Source: Rhodothermales bacterium
GTDB lineage: Bacteria > Bacteroidota > Rhodothermia > Rhodothermales > VXPQ01
Length of the DNA stretch: 64,000 nucleotides
Reading direction: 5' to 3'
Assembly: GCA_965232485.1 (NCBI GenBank)
Contig: OZ246975.1
Location: 936,959 to 1,000,958, forward strand
The first letter of the stretch is position 1. Each line of letters starts with the position of its first letter. Positions 43,536 to 53,370 of the stretch are shown here, in pieces. The notes under the pieces were generated by a model. It had not been told where the DNA came from, searched no databases, and worked only from the letters and a program-made list of their open reading frames with translations. Position numbers and translations under genes: made by a program.

Positions 43536-45892
43536 TCGAAAGACACCTTCATTCCGAGAGAAGGTACGAAAGGCAGCTGATCGACGCGGTTGAGCGTGAA
43601 AATGTCGAGGTAGAAAATGTTGCGGCGGCCATACGTATTGATCGCGCTGGCCAGCAACGCCACATTGACGGGTCCGGCGGAAAAGGTCCGCTCCACCGAT
43701 ATATCCAGCCGATGATACGTCGGCAACAGCGCATTGAAAGGCCGTTCGTAAATGACCCGCCGCGTGGACGGCGCATCCACGGATTTCTCCACGTCGTCCA
43801 CCAGCAAAAATCCGTCGAACCCGATGGCGCGGCTGAACGGAAGGCCCGACCCGAAATCCCAGCGCGCGCTCACGTCGAACCCCTTCGCTTCAACGGCCGC
43901 TACGATATTCAACTGATGCCGCCGGTCGTGGGGCGGACGAAATTTCAGGGTCTCTTCGCCGTACCAGAGCGGAATGGACGCGTCCTCCGCCTCGTACCGG
44001 GTGGAAGAAAGGCCGTAGTTCGCATAGCCGTAGAACCGCCGCCCGCGCAGCTCGAACCGGACGTCCACCCCCATCGAACGGCCCGTAGCCGGTTGCAGTC
44101 TCGAAATGAACCGGGGATAACTCGTCCATTCGGAAATGAAAAGGTTCGACAAATGCCGATAGTATCCCTCTACGGACAATTCGAGGCGCTGCAAAGGCTG
44201 GGCGCGGTATCCCAGCAAGAAGTGCGAAGCCCGCTGCGGCCGCCCCTGCAAGACATTCAGCAAATTCGGGTTGTCCTTGGGCACATTGACCCATACCGTG
44301 AACACGCTGGCGGCGTCCCGGCGGTCGTTGAGTCCCAGAATCTCCTGATGATAAATGCCCCAGGCCGCGCTGATTTCATGGATTCCCCGCCCCCATACGG
44401 CGCGCAACCGGGGTTCGACGAACGGTTCAAACCGGACCCGATAAAATTGAAGCCGCATCCCCGGACGAATGCTGAATCCTCCCCCCGGCGCTATATCGAG
44501 ATCGAGGTAACTCCCCCACTGGGGTACGCTCGCATACCGGAGTTCGATATTCTGATACAGCCCCCCGATGGCGCTGTTCAGCCTGGTGGCGCGCAATTCG
44601 CTGCCGCCCCGGGCGTCGATTCCGTCGCCGAAATAGGTTACGTCCGCCGAAACATGCGTGTTCTCGATACTGGACCAGCGGAGGGGGTCTTCGCGGGGGC
44701 CAAGCTCGGTTTCGAGCCGCGAATACGATACGTGAAAATTGGCCATGATGGAAAAAACGCGGGGCAACATCAATAGCCGCAAGCCAATGGCGTCGTTGCG
44801 CCAGCCTATTTCTTCCTGGATTCCGCCCGTATCCCCGGTTAAAAATCCGCGATCCCAGGTTTTGAGGCCCGTTACCGAAGCGCGCATGTTGCTCTTCACG
44901 ACGCCGTGCACCTTGAAGAAGGCGTCGCCGAACGTAAACGGCAGTTCGTCGTCGAGGTAGCGGGCGACGCCCTGTTCGATGTTCGACCGGCGCACGGAAG
45001 CAGCCATGGAAATGCGGCCCGGCCACAGCGGTCCCTCCAGACGCGCCGAACTCAGAAACGGCGAGGCGGACGCCGAAGCGGCGTACCGGCGCATGTTGCC
45101 CGTGCGCGACGAAATGTCGATCACGGAAGAAATCCACCCCCCGAATTCGCTCCCGTATCCCCCCGCGTAAATATCCACCCGATTGATATTGTCGGACGGA
45201 AAGGCGGAATAAAACCCCATGATGTGAAACGGCTGGTACAGGAGAATGCCGTCCAGCTGGACAAGGTTCTGGGAGGGCTCTCCGCCCCGAATGAAAAGCT
45301 GCCCGCCCCGGTCGCCCGTCGTGACGACGCCCGGCTGCGCGGACAAGTACGTTGCAAGGTCTCCGGTTACGTCCGGCCCCGGCACATATTCGATGTCGGC
45401 GGCCCGGATCGTTTGTTGTCCGGCGGTCACGCGAGCGCCGCCGCCCTCGCGCTCCGACTCCACCAGCATCTCCTCCATCTCTTCGTCCGCGGGCTCCATC
45501 GCAATATTGTACGTTCGGACCGCTCCTGCGCGAAGCTGCAGCGAATCGACATGCGGGCGATACCCGACGAAGCGCGCCTCAATCCGGTAGGCGCCGGGCG
45601 TCAGGCCCGCGATCACATACAATCCGTCCTCGTTCGTCGCCGCCCCGCGCACAAGCCGTCCGCCCTGCTCGAGCGCCACATTGACCAGTTCAAGCGGCTG
45701 CCCATCAGAAACGTCGGTCACGAACCCGCTGACGGAGGCTTGTTGCGCCTGCGCTGCGCCCGGAACGAACAACCAGGCCATTGCGCATCCCGCCGCCAGC
45801 CCCGCCCGCATCGTCCGCCGCGCAAAAGACCGGACGCGCGCATCCATGCGCAGGAGCCCCCCGAACGTGTTGCACAACCGATCCTTTCCCAT
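43532..45892 (-). CDS. TonB-dependent receptor, ~770-aa class (module A, second receptor)
   Basis: Possible ATG starts at 45892, 45847 and 45811. SVSGFVTDVSDGQPLELVNVAL..GLYVIAGLTPGAYRIEARFVGY is CarboxypepD_reg-like. The plug reads GGQLFIRGGEPSQNLVQLDGILLY. The barrel ends GMKVSFE. Confidence 0.85.
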   Translation of the reverse strand: MGKDRLCNTFGGLLRMDARVRSFARRTMRAGLAAGCAMAWLFVPGAAQAQQASVSGFVTDVSDGQPLELVNVALEQGGRLVRGAATNEDGLYVIAGLTPGAYRIEARFVGYRPHVDSLQLRAGAVRTYNIAMEPADEEMEEMLVESEREGGGARVTAGQQTIRAADIEYVPGPDVTGDLATYLSAQPGVVTTGDRGGQLFIRGGEPSQNLVQLDGILLYQPFHIMGFYSAFPSDNINRVDIYAGGYGSEFGGWISSVIDISSRTGNMRRYAASASASPFLSSARLEGPLWPGRISMAASVRRSNIEQGVARYLDDELPFTFGDAFFKVHGVVKSNMRASVTGLKTWDRGFLTGDTGGIQEEIGWRNDAIGLRLLMLPRVFSIMANFHVSYSRLETELGPREDPLRWSSIENTHVSADVTYFGDGIDARGGSELRATRLNSAIGGLYQNIELRYASVPQWGSYLDLDIAPGGGFSIRPGMRLQFYRVRFEPFVEPRLRAVWGRGIHEISAAWGIYHQEILGLNDRRDAASVFTVWVNVPKDNPNLLNVLQGRPQRASHFLLGYRAQPLQRLELSVEGYYRHLSNLFISEWTSYPRFISRLQPATGRSMGVDVRFELRGRRFYGYANYGLSSTRYEAEDASIPLWYGEETLKFRPPHDRRHQLNIVAAVEAKGFDVSARWDFGSGLPFSRAIGFDGFLLVDDVEKSVDAPSTRRVIYERPFNALLPTYHRLDISVERTFSAGPVNVALLASAINTYGRRNIFYLDIFTLNRVDQLPFVPSLGMKVSFE

Positions 45893-45977
45893 ATCGCCCC
45901 TGATCCATGAGCAATGACCCGCGCGCCCGTTTGGCGCACATGCTCATTGCGTTGTTCCCGGACCGCACATGTCTGGT

Positions 45978-47318
45978 TTATTGCGACGCCGCCTCCATAA
46001 CCTCCCGAATGGCCTCCACCACGAGCTCCGGGGCCTGCCGATGGAACCACGTTCCGCTGCGCCGGGTCTGCACGTGCCGACTCCACGCGAACCCTTCGAG
46101 CCATTCGTCCCGCAACGCAACCTTCGCCTGGATCCCCGCCCCGGTTTCGCCCACCCAGCGCGGCGTCTCCGGAAGATGCAGGGACGTCAAAACCACGACG
46201 GGGATATCCGGCAAGGTCCCGGCTTCCGACAACGCCCCGGTTTCCATCATCTCCTCGTAGAGCGCAAACTCGGCGCGTTCGGCGTCCGACGCCAGGCCGT
46301 ACAGCATATTCCGCCCGGCCATATACCGATCCACGGACGCCTCGTCAAGCGCGGAAAGTCGTTGCATCTCCTGCTCGTGCGCCGGCTCCACCAACGCCAG
46401 CCCCGCCACAGCGTCGGGATAGCGCGCGGCGAATGTTCGGGCCAGCGCCGCGCCCAGCCCGTGCGCCGCCAGTACGTACGGCGGCTCGGCGGACAATTGC
46501 TGCAACAGGGCATGGAGTTCCTCTGCAAGCGCGGCGGGCGTTCTTTCGGATTGGGGGGAGGCCGGAAAAGCGTCCGAATAGCCCAGCCCCGAACGCGAAT
46601 AAGATATGGCCCGGGCAAACGCCTGCACGTCATGGTGCGCGTAATCCCATACGCGCAGGTCTTCGCCCAGATCGGACAGAAACACGACGGGCATGCCCTC
46701 GCCTTCGTCCAGCGCATACAGCCCATAGCCACCCACATCCACCTTCGTCCCGCGCGGGCCTTCGAGCATATCCAGTTCGCGGCGCCGGATATTCCGCTCA
46801 AGCCAGGCGATGCGCTGATCCACGCGCTCCCAGGACAGACGATCCGCGGAGACGACTTGACCGGGCGGCGCAAACGCGGCGGGGCCCATGCTTGCGTTCT
46901 CGTCGGAGCAAACGCCTGCGAACACGCCATCCGGTTCGCGTTCCAGTTCGCAATCTATCCGAAACGCAGGCCACCAGGAAAACGACAGGAAATCCTCAAT
47001 GAGACGCGCCTCCTCCACCCGAAATCTGTCCTGAAGAAGGTGCTCGATCCGCAGGATGGCTTCCGAGGAATCTCCGGGGGCGGGCATATGGATCGTTACG
47101 CCAAACGGCGGCCCGCCGGGATTTTGCATGAATCCGGTCCATGCGCCTGCTTGCGGCATATCTTCGGGCGGAACGGGCGTTTGCCCCCGGACCTCCTGGA
47201 TATTCAATGTAAAAATGCAAGCCCCGAGGCAAGCCGCCGCGGCCAAAGCGAAACGCGCGGGCAGACAAACCCTGCGGGACAGACAAAACGACGATCGGGA
47301 TAGTGCGTACGAAAACAT
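45978..47318 (-). CDS. Exported alpha/beta-hydrolase-fold protein lacking the nucleophile serine
   Basis: Signal/lipobox-like AAAACLGAC. The C-terminal ~270 aa match the alpha/beta-hydrolase pattern (MPVVFLSDLGED; YVLAAHGLGAALARTFAARYPDAVAGLALVEPA; SGTWFHRQAPELVVEAIREVM). The nucleophile-elbow residue is Gly (plus-strand ccc at 46458-46460). Confidence 0.62.
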   Translation of the reverse strand: MFSYALSRSSFCLSRRVCLPARFALAAAACLGACIFTLNIQEVRGQTPVPPEDMPQAGAWTGFMQNPGGPPFGVTIHMPAPGDSSEAILRIEHLLQDRFRVEEARLIEDFLSFSWWPAFRIDCELEREPDGVFAGVCSDENASMGPAAFAPPGQVVSADRLSWERVDQRIAWLERNIRRRELDMLEGPRGTKVDVGGYGLYALDEGEGMPVVFLSDLGEDLRVWDYAHHDVQAFARAISYSRSGLGYSDAFPASPQSERTPAALAEELHALLQQLSAEPPYVLAAHGLGAALARTFAARYPDAVAGLALVEPAHEQEMQRLSALDEASVDRYMAGRNMLYGLASDAERAEFALYEEMMETGALSEAGTLPDIPVVVLTSLHLPETPRWVGETGAGIQAKVALRDEWLEGFAWSRHVQTRRSGTWFHRQAPELVVEAIREVMEAASQ

Positions 47319-47360
47319 AGGGACGTCAACAGCGTGAAAACAGGTTGAACGGACAATAGT

Positions 47361-48596
47361 TTAGCCTTCGCTTGCCATGCGGGCAAGCTGATTCAGGTAG
47401 TTTCGGGCGGCGCGGCTGCCCGGGTCGAGCCGAATCGCCATTTCCCAGGACTGGCGCGCCTCGTCGTATCGACCGGAGTTGCCATAGGCCACGCCCAGAT
47501 TCAGCCAGGCCTCCGCAAACGCCGGGTCGCGGTCCACGATCATCCGGTATTGCGCGATCGCCGCGTCGGCGTCGCCGCTTTCCAGCATCAGCGACGCCAG
47601 ATTCACATGCAGCCGAAGGTCGTTCGGCACGAGAGCGATGGCGCGCTTGTAGGCGTCCAGCGCCCGATCGTACATGCCCGCCTCGCGGTGCGCATCGCTC
47701 AACCGGAGCCAGTTCTGCACCTCGCTCGGATTCCGGTTTATGGCTTCATGCGCCTCGTTGATCTCCTGCTGGATCTGCTGCGCCTCTTCGGCCAGCGCCA
47801 AATGCACCTCCGCCTCGGCCTCCTCGCCCAGGCGCATCAACGCCTGCCCCAGATTGTATTGCGCGCCATGGTGCCGCGGACGCTCCTCCGCTACGGCGCG
47901 GAGCTGGGCCGCCGCCTCTTCCACTTCGTCCATGCGGAGCAACTGCGCCCCGAGCACATAACGGTAATCCACGCTCCCGGGACGGATTTCCACCGCGCGT
48001 TTCGACAAGGCGATAGCCGTCTCGAAATCGCCCATTTCCTCGTGGAGCTGGCCCAGCCACATGTACGCAGTCGTGTTCATGCTGTCTATCGCGATCGCCT
48101 GCTCGTACGACCATTGCGCGCTGTCGGCCATGCCCAGCTTGGCGTACGCGCGGCCCATTTCAAGATACAGATGCGTATTCGGTTCGATCGCCTCCTCGCG
48201 GCGAAACGCGCCGATGGCGTCCCGGAGACGCCCCCGGCGAGAATGATTGACGCCGATGTTCATGTGCGCCCCGCGATACGCCTCGTCCGCCGCAAGAACA
48301 GTGGCGTATGCGGCATTGGCGGCCTCCAGCTGGTTCAGGTCCGTGTAGATTCGACCGCGCAGGAAGTACGTGTCCGCCAGTTCCGGCGCATATTTCTCCA
48401 CGCTGTCCGTAAGCGCCAGCGCATGCACGTAATTGCCCTGGCGCGACGCCGCCTCGGCCCTCAGCATGAATCGTTTTACGTTCATGTCCAGCGAGGCGCG
48501 CAGCGCTTCCGTCCGGGTAGGCGGCGGCTCCGCGCTTTCCTGACCGCAGCCTGCAAGCAGGCAGGCGATCGCCGCAATGCAAAACCCTCGTATCAT
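47361..48596 (-). CDS. TPR-repeat lipoprotein
   Basis: Track ORF 47361-48734 trimmed to ATG 48596 (MIRGFCIAAIACLLAGC lipobox). TPR repeats are homologous to those of 32426-33673. Confidence 0.72.
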   Translation of the reverse strand: MIRGFCIAAIACLLAGCGQESAEPPPTRTEALRASLDMNVKRFMLRAEAASRQGNYVHALALTDSVEKYAPELADTYFLRGRIYTDLNQLEAANAAYATVLAADEAYRGAHMNIGVNHSRRGRLRDAIGAFRREEAIEPNTHLYLEMGRAYAKLGMADSAQWSYEQAIAIDSMNTTAYMWLGQLHEEMGDFETAIALSKRAVEIRPGSVDYRYVLGAQLLRMDEVEEAAAQLRAVAEERPRHHGAQYNLGQALMRLGEEAEAEVHLALAEEAQQIQQEINEAHEAINRNPSEVQNWLRLSDAHREAGMYDRALDAYKRAIALVPNDLRLHVNLASLMLESGDADAAIAQYRMIVDRDPAFAEAWLNLGVAYGNSGRYDEARQSWEMAIRLDPGSRAARNYLNQLARMASEG

Positions 48597-48636
48597 GCCT
48601 TTTCTTCTGTCTGAAAGAAAATCGTTTCCGCCTCGA

Positions 48637-50475
48637 TCACATCTCGGCGGAACGCTCCGCGACGGGTTCCGCCGGGCGCAAAACGCCGGATCCTTCGACG
48701 AGAACCACCTCTTGCCTGGACTCCACCTCGGCAAAACGTTCCGTCAGGCCGCTCGGCCAATGCACTATTAGACTATCTACCCGCCGCCGTGCTCCCAGCC
48801 CGAACGCCGCAGGCAGCGCGGACTGCGACAGGAAACTCGAACCCGACCGGATCCGCCGCTCCATGCGCAAATCGCCGAGCGCCGCTTCGATCCGGGCGCC
48901 GAGCGCGCTGCGGTTGCTGTCGCGCCCTTCCAGCCGGACATGCAGCCACTCCGCTCCGTCCAGATCGTTGCGCCACAAGTGCGCCGGGCCGGCGTTTTCC
49001 AGCAACAAAACATCAAGGTCGCCGTCCCGGTCGTAGTCGGCGTACGCTGCGCCGCGGGCCACTAGGGGCCGGGTAAGCACGCCTGTCGCCGAAAGCGCCT
49101 CGTCGAATACGCCGTCCCCCCGATTCAGAAAAAGCTGCGCCGGTTCCGCAAACGTCGCCCCCTCCAGAATTTCGGCGATATGCTCCAGCACATGACCGTT
49201 GGCCAGAAAAAGATCGAGGTCGCCGTCAAGGTCCGCATCGAAAAGAAACAGGCCAAAGGTCAAGGTGCCCATCGTGGGAAAGCCAATGCGAGACGCGGTC
49301 GCCCGATCCGTAAAATAGCCGTTGGAGGCGTGCCGGAAAACGCTCACCGTTTCCTGGGTGAAATTCCCTACGAAAATGGTCGTTTGCCCGGCGCTGTCCA
49401 CGACGCCCGCATCCACCCCCATGCCGGCCCGAGGCTGCCCGTGCTGGTCGTACGCCACGCCGTTGCGCACCCCCGCCTCGCTGAACGTGCCGTCCCCGCG
49501 ATTTACGAACAGCAGGTTCCGCTCCGTATCGTTCGCCACGTACACATCGGAATAGCCGTCGCCGGTTACGTCCAGTTCGGTCACGCCGAGCGTTTTGTCC
49601 AGGACCGGATCGATCGCGCCCGCAAAACCGGCCTCCTCCGTCGCATCCGCAAAAGAACCGTCTCCCTCGTTGCGATAAAAGACGCTGGCGACGCCCGCGT
49701 AATTTTGCGGCGTGCAATAGGCCTTCGCCCCCTCGTGAAAACAGGGAATATCCGTCTCGGGGGTCCAGAATACATAATTGCCCACGAACAAATCGACCCA
49801 GCCGTCCCGGTCCGCGTCGAAGAAGGCGGCAGACGTACTCCAGTGCGCCTCGTCCGCAAGGCCCGCCTCTTCGCCAACCTCCTCAAACCGCCCGCCGTCA
49901 TTGCGAAAGAGCAGGTTTGCGTGGAGCGTCGTCAGGAAAAAATCCGTGTCCCCGTCGTTGTCGTAATCGGCGGCGGCCACGCCAAACCCGTAAGCCTCCA
50001 GCCCGGCAAGGCCCGCTTCGCCGGAAACGTCGGCGAACGTTCCGTCCCCCAGGTTCCGGTAGAGAAACAAGGCTTCGACCGGCTTGTCGGAAACATGCGC
50101 CCACCGCCCGCCGCCCACCAGCAGAATATCCTGCCAGCCATCGTCGTCGTAATCGAGAAACGCCCCGCCAGGCCCTACCACTTCAGGCATCCATTTCTGG
50201 CCGAAGCCCCCGTTTTCATGCCGATAATCCCCCAAACCCGCTTCCTCCGTAACATCCGTGAAAATCGGGACGTCAGACGCAACGCCGGATGCAGTTTCTT
50301 CGCGTTCTCCCGCCCCGCCTGCGCATCCGGCCGCCAGGATGGCGCAACAGGCGGCAGCGACCATGCAACGCGCGACGCGCTGCGGCGAGTAAACCCGGCG
50401 ACCAGGAATGCTCTGATCAAGTCCGCAAAGATCAGAGACTGAAAGGCGCGCGCCGGCAAGGAATGACGAAATCAT
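48637..50475 (-). CDS. CRTAC1-family lipoprotein (FG-GAP + ASPIC/UnbV)
   Basis: The track ORF runs to 50895, inside the upstream gene. ATG 50475 overlaps the upstream stop (ATGA). ATG 50364 (MVAAACCAILAAGC) is the alternative. FLDYDDDGWQD and DYDNDGDTD repeats are present. The C-terminus reads VRLEGRDSNRSALGARIEA..GSSFLSQSALPAAFGLG..LIVHWPSG. Confidence 0.8.
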   Translation of the reverse strand: MISSFLAGARLSVSDLCGLDQSIPGRRVYSPQRVARCMVAAACCAILAAGCAGGAGEREETASGVASDVPIFTDVTEEAGLGDYRHENGGFGQKWMPEVVGPGGAFLDYDDDGWQDILLVGGGRWAHVSDKPVEALFLYRNLGDGTFADVSGEAGLAGLEAYGFGVAAADYDNDGDTDFFLTTLHANLLFRNDGGRFEEVGEEAGLADEAHWSTSAAFFDADRDGWVDLFVGNYVFWTPETDIPCFHEGAKAYCTPQNYAGVASVFYRNEGDGSFADATEEAGFAGAIDPVLDKTLGVTELDVTGDGYSDVYVANDTERNLLFVNRGDGTFSEAGVRNGVAYDQHGQPRAGMGVDAGVVDSAGQTTIFVGNFTQETVSVFRHASNGYFTDRATASRIGFPTMGTLTFGLFLFDADLDGDLDLFLANGHVLEHIAEILEGATFAEPAQLFLNRGDGVFDEALSATGVLTRPLVARGAAYADYDRDGDLDVLLLENAGPAHLWRNDLDGAEWLHVRLEGRDSNRSALGARIEAALGDLRMERRIRSGSSFLSQSALPAAFGLGARRRVDSLIVHWPSGLTERFAEVESRQEVVLVEGSGVLRPAEPVAERSAEM

Positions 50476-52259
50476 GAATCGGCCCGGACAGGTTGCAAAT
50501 TCCCCGATCCCTCGACAAGCAACACGTCCTGTCCGCCCGCCACCTCGCCGAACCGCTCGACCAGGCCGCTGGGCCAGTACACGGTCAGGGAATCGACGGC
50601 TTCCCGGCGGCCCAGCCCAAAAGCCGCCACCTGCTCCGATTGCGAAAGATAACTGGACCCGGTCCGGATGCGCCGCTCCATAACCAGGTCGCCCAACCGC
50701 GCCGTAATACGGGCGCCCAGTCCGTCCCGGTTGCTCGTTCGGCCCTGCACATGGACGCGCAAATACCGTCCGGGCGGCGTATCGTTGCGCCAGAGATGCA
50801 CCGGTCCCCCATTCTCTGTAATCAGGATGTCCTGATCGCCATCCCGGTCGTAATCCGCGTAGGCGGCCCCGCGGCCCACGAGCAAATCCGTCCATACGCC
50901 CTCCTCCGGCGTAAATTCGTCGAACGTCCCGTTTCCCCGATTCAGGAAAAGCTGGGCGGGCTGTCGGTAGCGAATGCGGTCGTTCTCCCCCGTCCGGTCC
51001 GGATGTACGTGCCCATTGGCCGCGAACAGGTCCAGGTCCGTATCCATGTCCACGTCCAGCAAAAAGAGCCCGAACGTAAGGGACAGCAGGCTCGGAAAAC
51101 CAATGCGCGACAGCCCGGCGCGGTCTGTAAGCGATTCGCCCGCTTCGTGGCGGTACACACCGATCATCTCCCCTGAAAAATTGCCGACGTACAGCGAGTA
51201 GCGACCCGTACTGTCCGTAATTCCCGCGTCAATCCCCATGCCGGCGCGCGCTTCCCCGTGTTCGCTGAACGCAAAACCGCTCGGCACGCCGATATTGGCG
51301 AAGGAGCCGTCCGCATTGTTGCGGAAAAGCAAGTCGCCCTCGCCGTCGTTCGCCACGGCGAGGTCGGGCCATCCGTCGAAATTGAAATCCAGTTCGGCCA
51401 CCCCCAGCGACTTGCCCAGCGTCGGCATGAAACCGGCCGCTTCCGTGCGGTCGACAAACGCGCCGTCCCCTCCGTTTACGTAGTACCGGCTCTGCACCCC
51501 GGCGTACACGGCGGGGTGACAATACAGCTTGACGGCGCCCCCTGACGGACAAAAAATATCCGTTTCCGGCGTCCAGTCCACATAGTTCGCCACATACAGA
51601 TCGGCGTCCCCGTCCCGGTCGGCGTCAAAGAAAATAGCCGAACTGCTCCAGATATCGTTTCCTTCCAGGCCCGCCTCGCGGGTCGCTTCCGCGAACCGCC
51701 CCCCTTCGTTGCGAAAGAAAAGATTCTCCTCCAGACAGGTAATATAGAGGTCCGGGTCCCCGTCGTTGTCGTAATCGGCGGCGGTCATCCCGATGGTATA
51801 TCCGTCCACGCCCGCCAGGCCCGCCGCTTCCGTTGCCTCGGTAAAGGCGCCGTCGCCGTTGTTCCGGTACAGAAACAGGGCCTGCGACGGCGTTTGGGGA
51901 TCCCAGTTTCCCCCGCCCAGGAGCAAAATATCAATCCAGCCGTCGCCGTCGTAATCGAAAAATCCTCCCCCGGATCCCATTTGCTCGGGATACCACTTGT
52001 CCCCGGAGGCGCCGTTGACATGCCTGAAACCGCCCAGACCCGCCGCTCCCGCTACGTTCGTAAAAACAGGAAGCCGGACGCCCTCCTCCTCTGTCGTCCG
52101 CGAGCCGGAAAGCGAACAAGCGCTCAACGAACCCGCAACGCACCAGACAAGGACAGCGCCCAGCCAACCTGTCGAGCAGAAACCGGGGGCCGGGTCAGAA
52201 GGTGAGGTTAACGGCGAACCGCTGGACCGTGTCGAAAACACCGAAATCCGTGTAGGCAT
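50472..52259 (-). CDS. CRTAC1-family lipoprotein (FG-GAP + ASPIC/UnbV)
   Basis: In-frame ATGs occur only at 52289 and 52259 (GTG at 52241), all inside the 3' end of the upstream barrel gene. Lipobox VAGSLSAC. FFDYDGDGWID and DYDNDGDPD repeats are present. The C-terminus reads VHVQGRTSNRDGLGARITA..GSSYLSQSEQVAAFGLG..LTVYWPSG. Confidence 0.8.
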   Translation of the reverse strand: MPTRISVFSTRSSGSPLTSPSDPAPGFCSTGWLGAVLVWCVAGSLSACSLSGSRTTEEEGVRLPVFTNVAGAAGLGGFRHVNGASGDKWYPEQMGSGGGFFDYDGDGWIDILLLGGGNWDPQTPSQALFLYRNNGDGAFTEATEAAGLAGVDGYTIGMTAADYDNDGDPDLYITCLEENLFFRNEGGRFAEATREAGLEGNDIWSSSAIFFDADRDGDADLYVANYVDWTPETDIFCPSGGAVKLYCHPAVYAGVQSRYYVNGGDGAFVDRTEAAGFMPTLGKSLGVAELDFNFDGWPDLAVANDGEGDLLFRNNADGSFANIGVPSGFAFSEHGEARAGMGIDAGITDSTGRYSLYVGNFSGEMIGVYRHEAGESLTDRAGLSRIGFPSLLSLTFGLFLLDVDMDTDLDLFAANGHVHPDRTGENDRIRYRQPAQLFLNRGNGTFDEFTPEEGVWTDLLVGRGAAYADYDRDGDQDILITENGGPVHLWRNDTPPGRYLRVHVQGRTSNRDGLGARITARLGDLVMERRIRTGSSYLSQSEQVAAFGLGRREAVDSLTVYWPSGLVERFGEVAGGQDVLLVEGSGNLQPVRADS

Positions 52260-53283
52260 AATCCACGCCGAATCCAATACCCGAAGCATTGTATTTCAAA
52301 CCTGCTCCAAGGCTGAATCCTTCTTCATGATCGTCGCCCACGAACGCGCGTCCCAAACCTCCCCGCAGGGAAAAAATGTTCATGACCGTGTACTCGCCGC
52401 CGAGTTTCACATGCTCCGCAAAGTCGCGCGGACGTTGCGCATCCACGGAAATCATGAAGGAGTGCATGTTCGGGTCCAGCGTGGTGAGATCGACGACGTC
52501 CATCGAAAGACCGATCTGGAACGTCAGGGGAATTTCGAAACGCTCCCGTTCGTACACCAGCTCGCGCGAGAAATTCCGGGTGCTCATCGCGATGGTGAGG
52601 CTCTCGAAACCCGTGTCGTACAGTACGCCGAAATCGACCGCGATGGTGTTCAGCGCATAATCCTCGAACGAGGCGGCCGTGCCGTCGTCCAGCGAGACAG
52701 AGGCGTCATCCGAGCGGGCTTTGGCGAACGAACCCAAGTCCTGCTGGGTATACTTGACGTGCGCGCCCACGGAAAAGCGATCCGTGAACGACCGCGCATA
52801 CCCTACGCCTACGGCCAGCGCTGTCGGACTATAGGCGCCGGTATCAACGTAGCCCTGCTCGTTTTCCGCGCGAACGGTTCCAAAAAACTCGCCGCCGTAA
52901 TCCACGTTCATGAACGAGAGGCCCACCACCCCGTAATTTCCTCCGCCCGGGCGGTACGCCACGCTCGCCGCATTGTACTGGATGTCCACGATGTAGTTCA
53001 TGATGCCGAAGCCCGCGCTGAAATTACCGTTTATGCGCGCCATGGAGGCGGGGTTGTAGAACATCGCCGTGGAAGAACCCGCGGAAGACGACGTCACGGC
53101 CCCGCCCATGGCGGCCGCCCGCGCATCGACGGATTCTGCGAGAAACTTGAAGCCGGTTTGACCGCGTTTGTCCGTTTCCACCGTGTCATCCGGGCCGGCA
53201 ATGCCCGTCTGGGCAAACGCCGAAGGGGCCGCCAGCAACCCGATGGCTACGAGAAAGCACGTAGTAGCAATACACCTTTTCAT
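52195..53283 (-). CDS. PorV/PorQ-like (FadL-fold) outer-membrane beta-barrel (module A)
   Basis: The track start 53289 is TTG. ATG 53283 gives MKRCIATTCFLVAIGLLAAPSAFAQ. FKFLAESVDARAAAMGGAVTS..AMFYNPASMA matches the PorV/PorQ signature. The C-terminus is FAVNLTF. Confidence 0.65.
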   Translation of the reverse strand: MKRCIATTCFLVAIGLLAAPSAFAQTGIAGPDDTVETDKRGQTGFKFLAESVDARAAAMGGAVTSSSAGSSTAMFYNPASMARINGNFSAGFGIMNYIVDIQYNAASVAYRPGGGNYGVVGLSFMNVDYGGEFFGTVRAENEQGYVDTGAYSPTALAVGVGYARSFTDRFSVGAHVKYTQQDLGSFAKARSDDASVSLDDGTAASFEDYALNTIAVDFGVLYDTGFESLTIAMSTRNFSRELVYERERFEIPLTFQIGLSMDVVDLTTLDPNMHSFMISVDAQRPRDFAEHVKLGGEYTVMNIFSLRGGLGRAFVGDDHEEGFSLGAGLKYNASGIGFGVDYAYTDFGVFDTVQRFAVNLTF

Positions 53284-53370
53284 AATCAAGCCTGATTGAA
53301 TGTCGATAAGGGGTTTCGTGTGTCGAAGCCTCGGGGGCGAACCGACAAGCGATCCGCCCCCGGACCCGGG

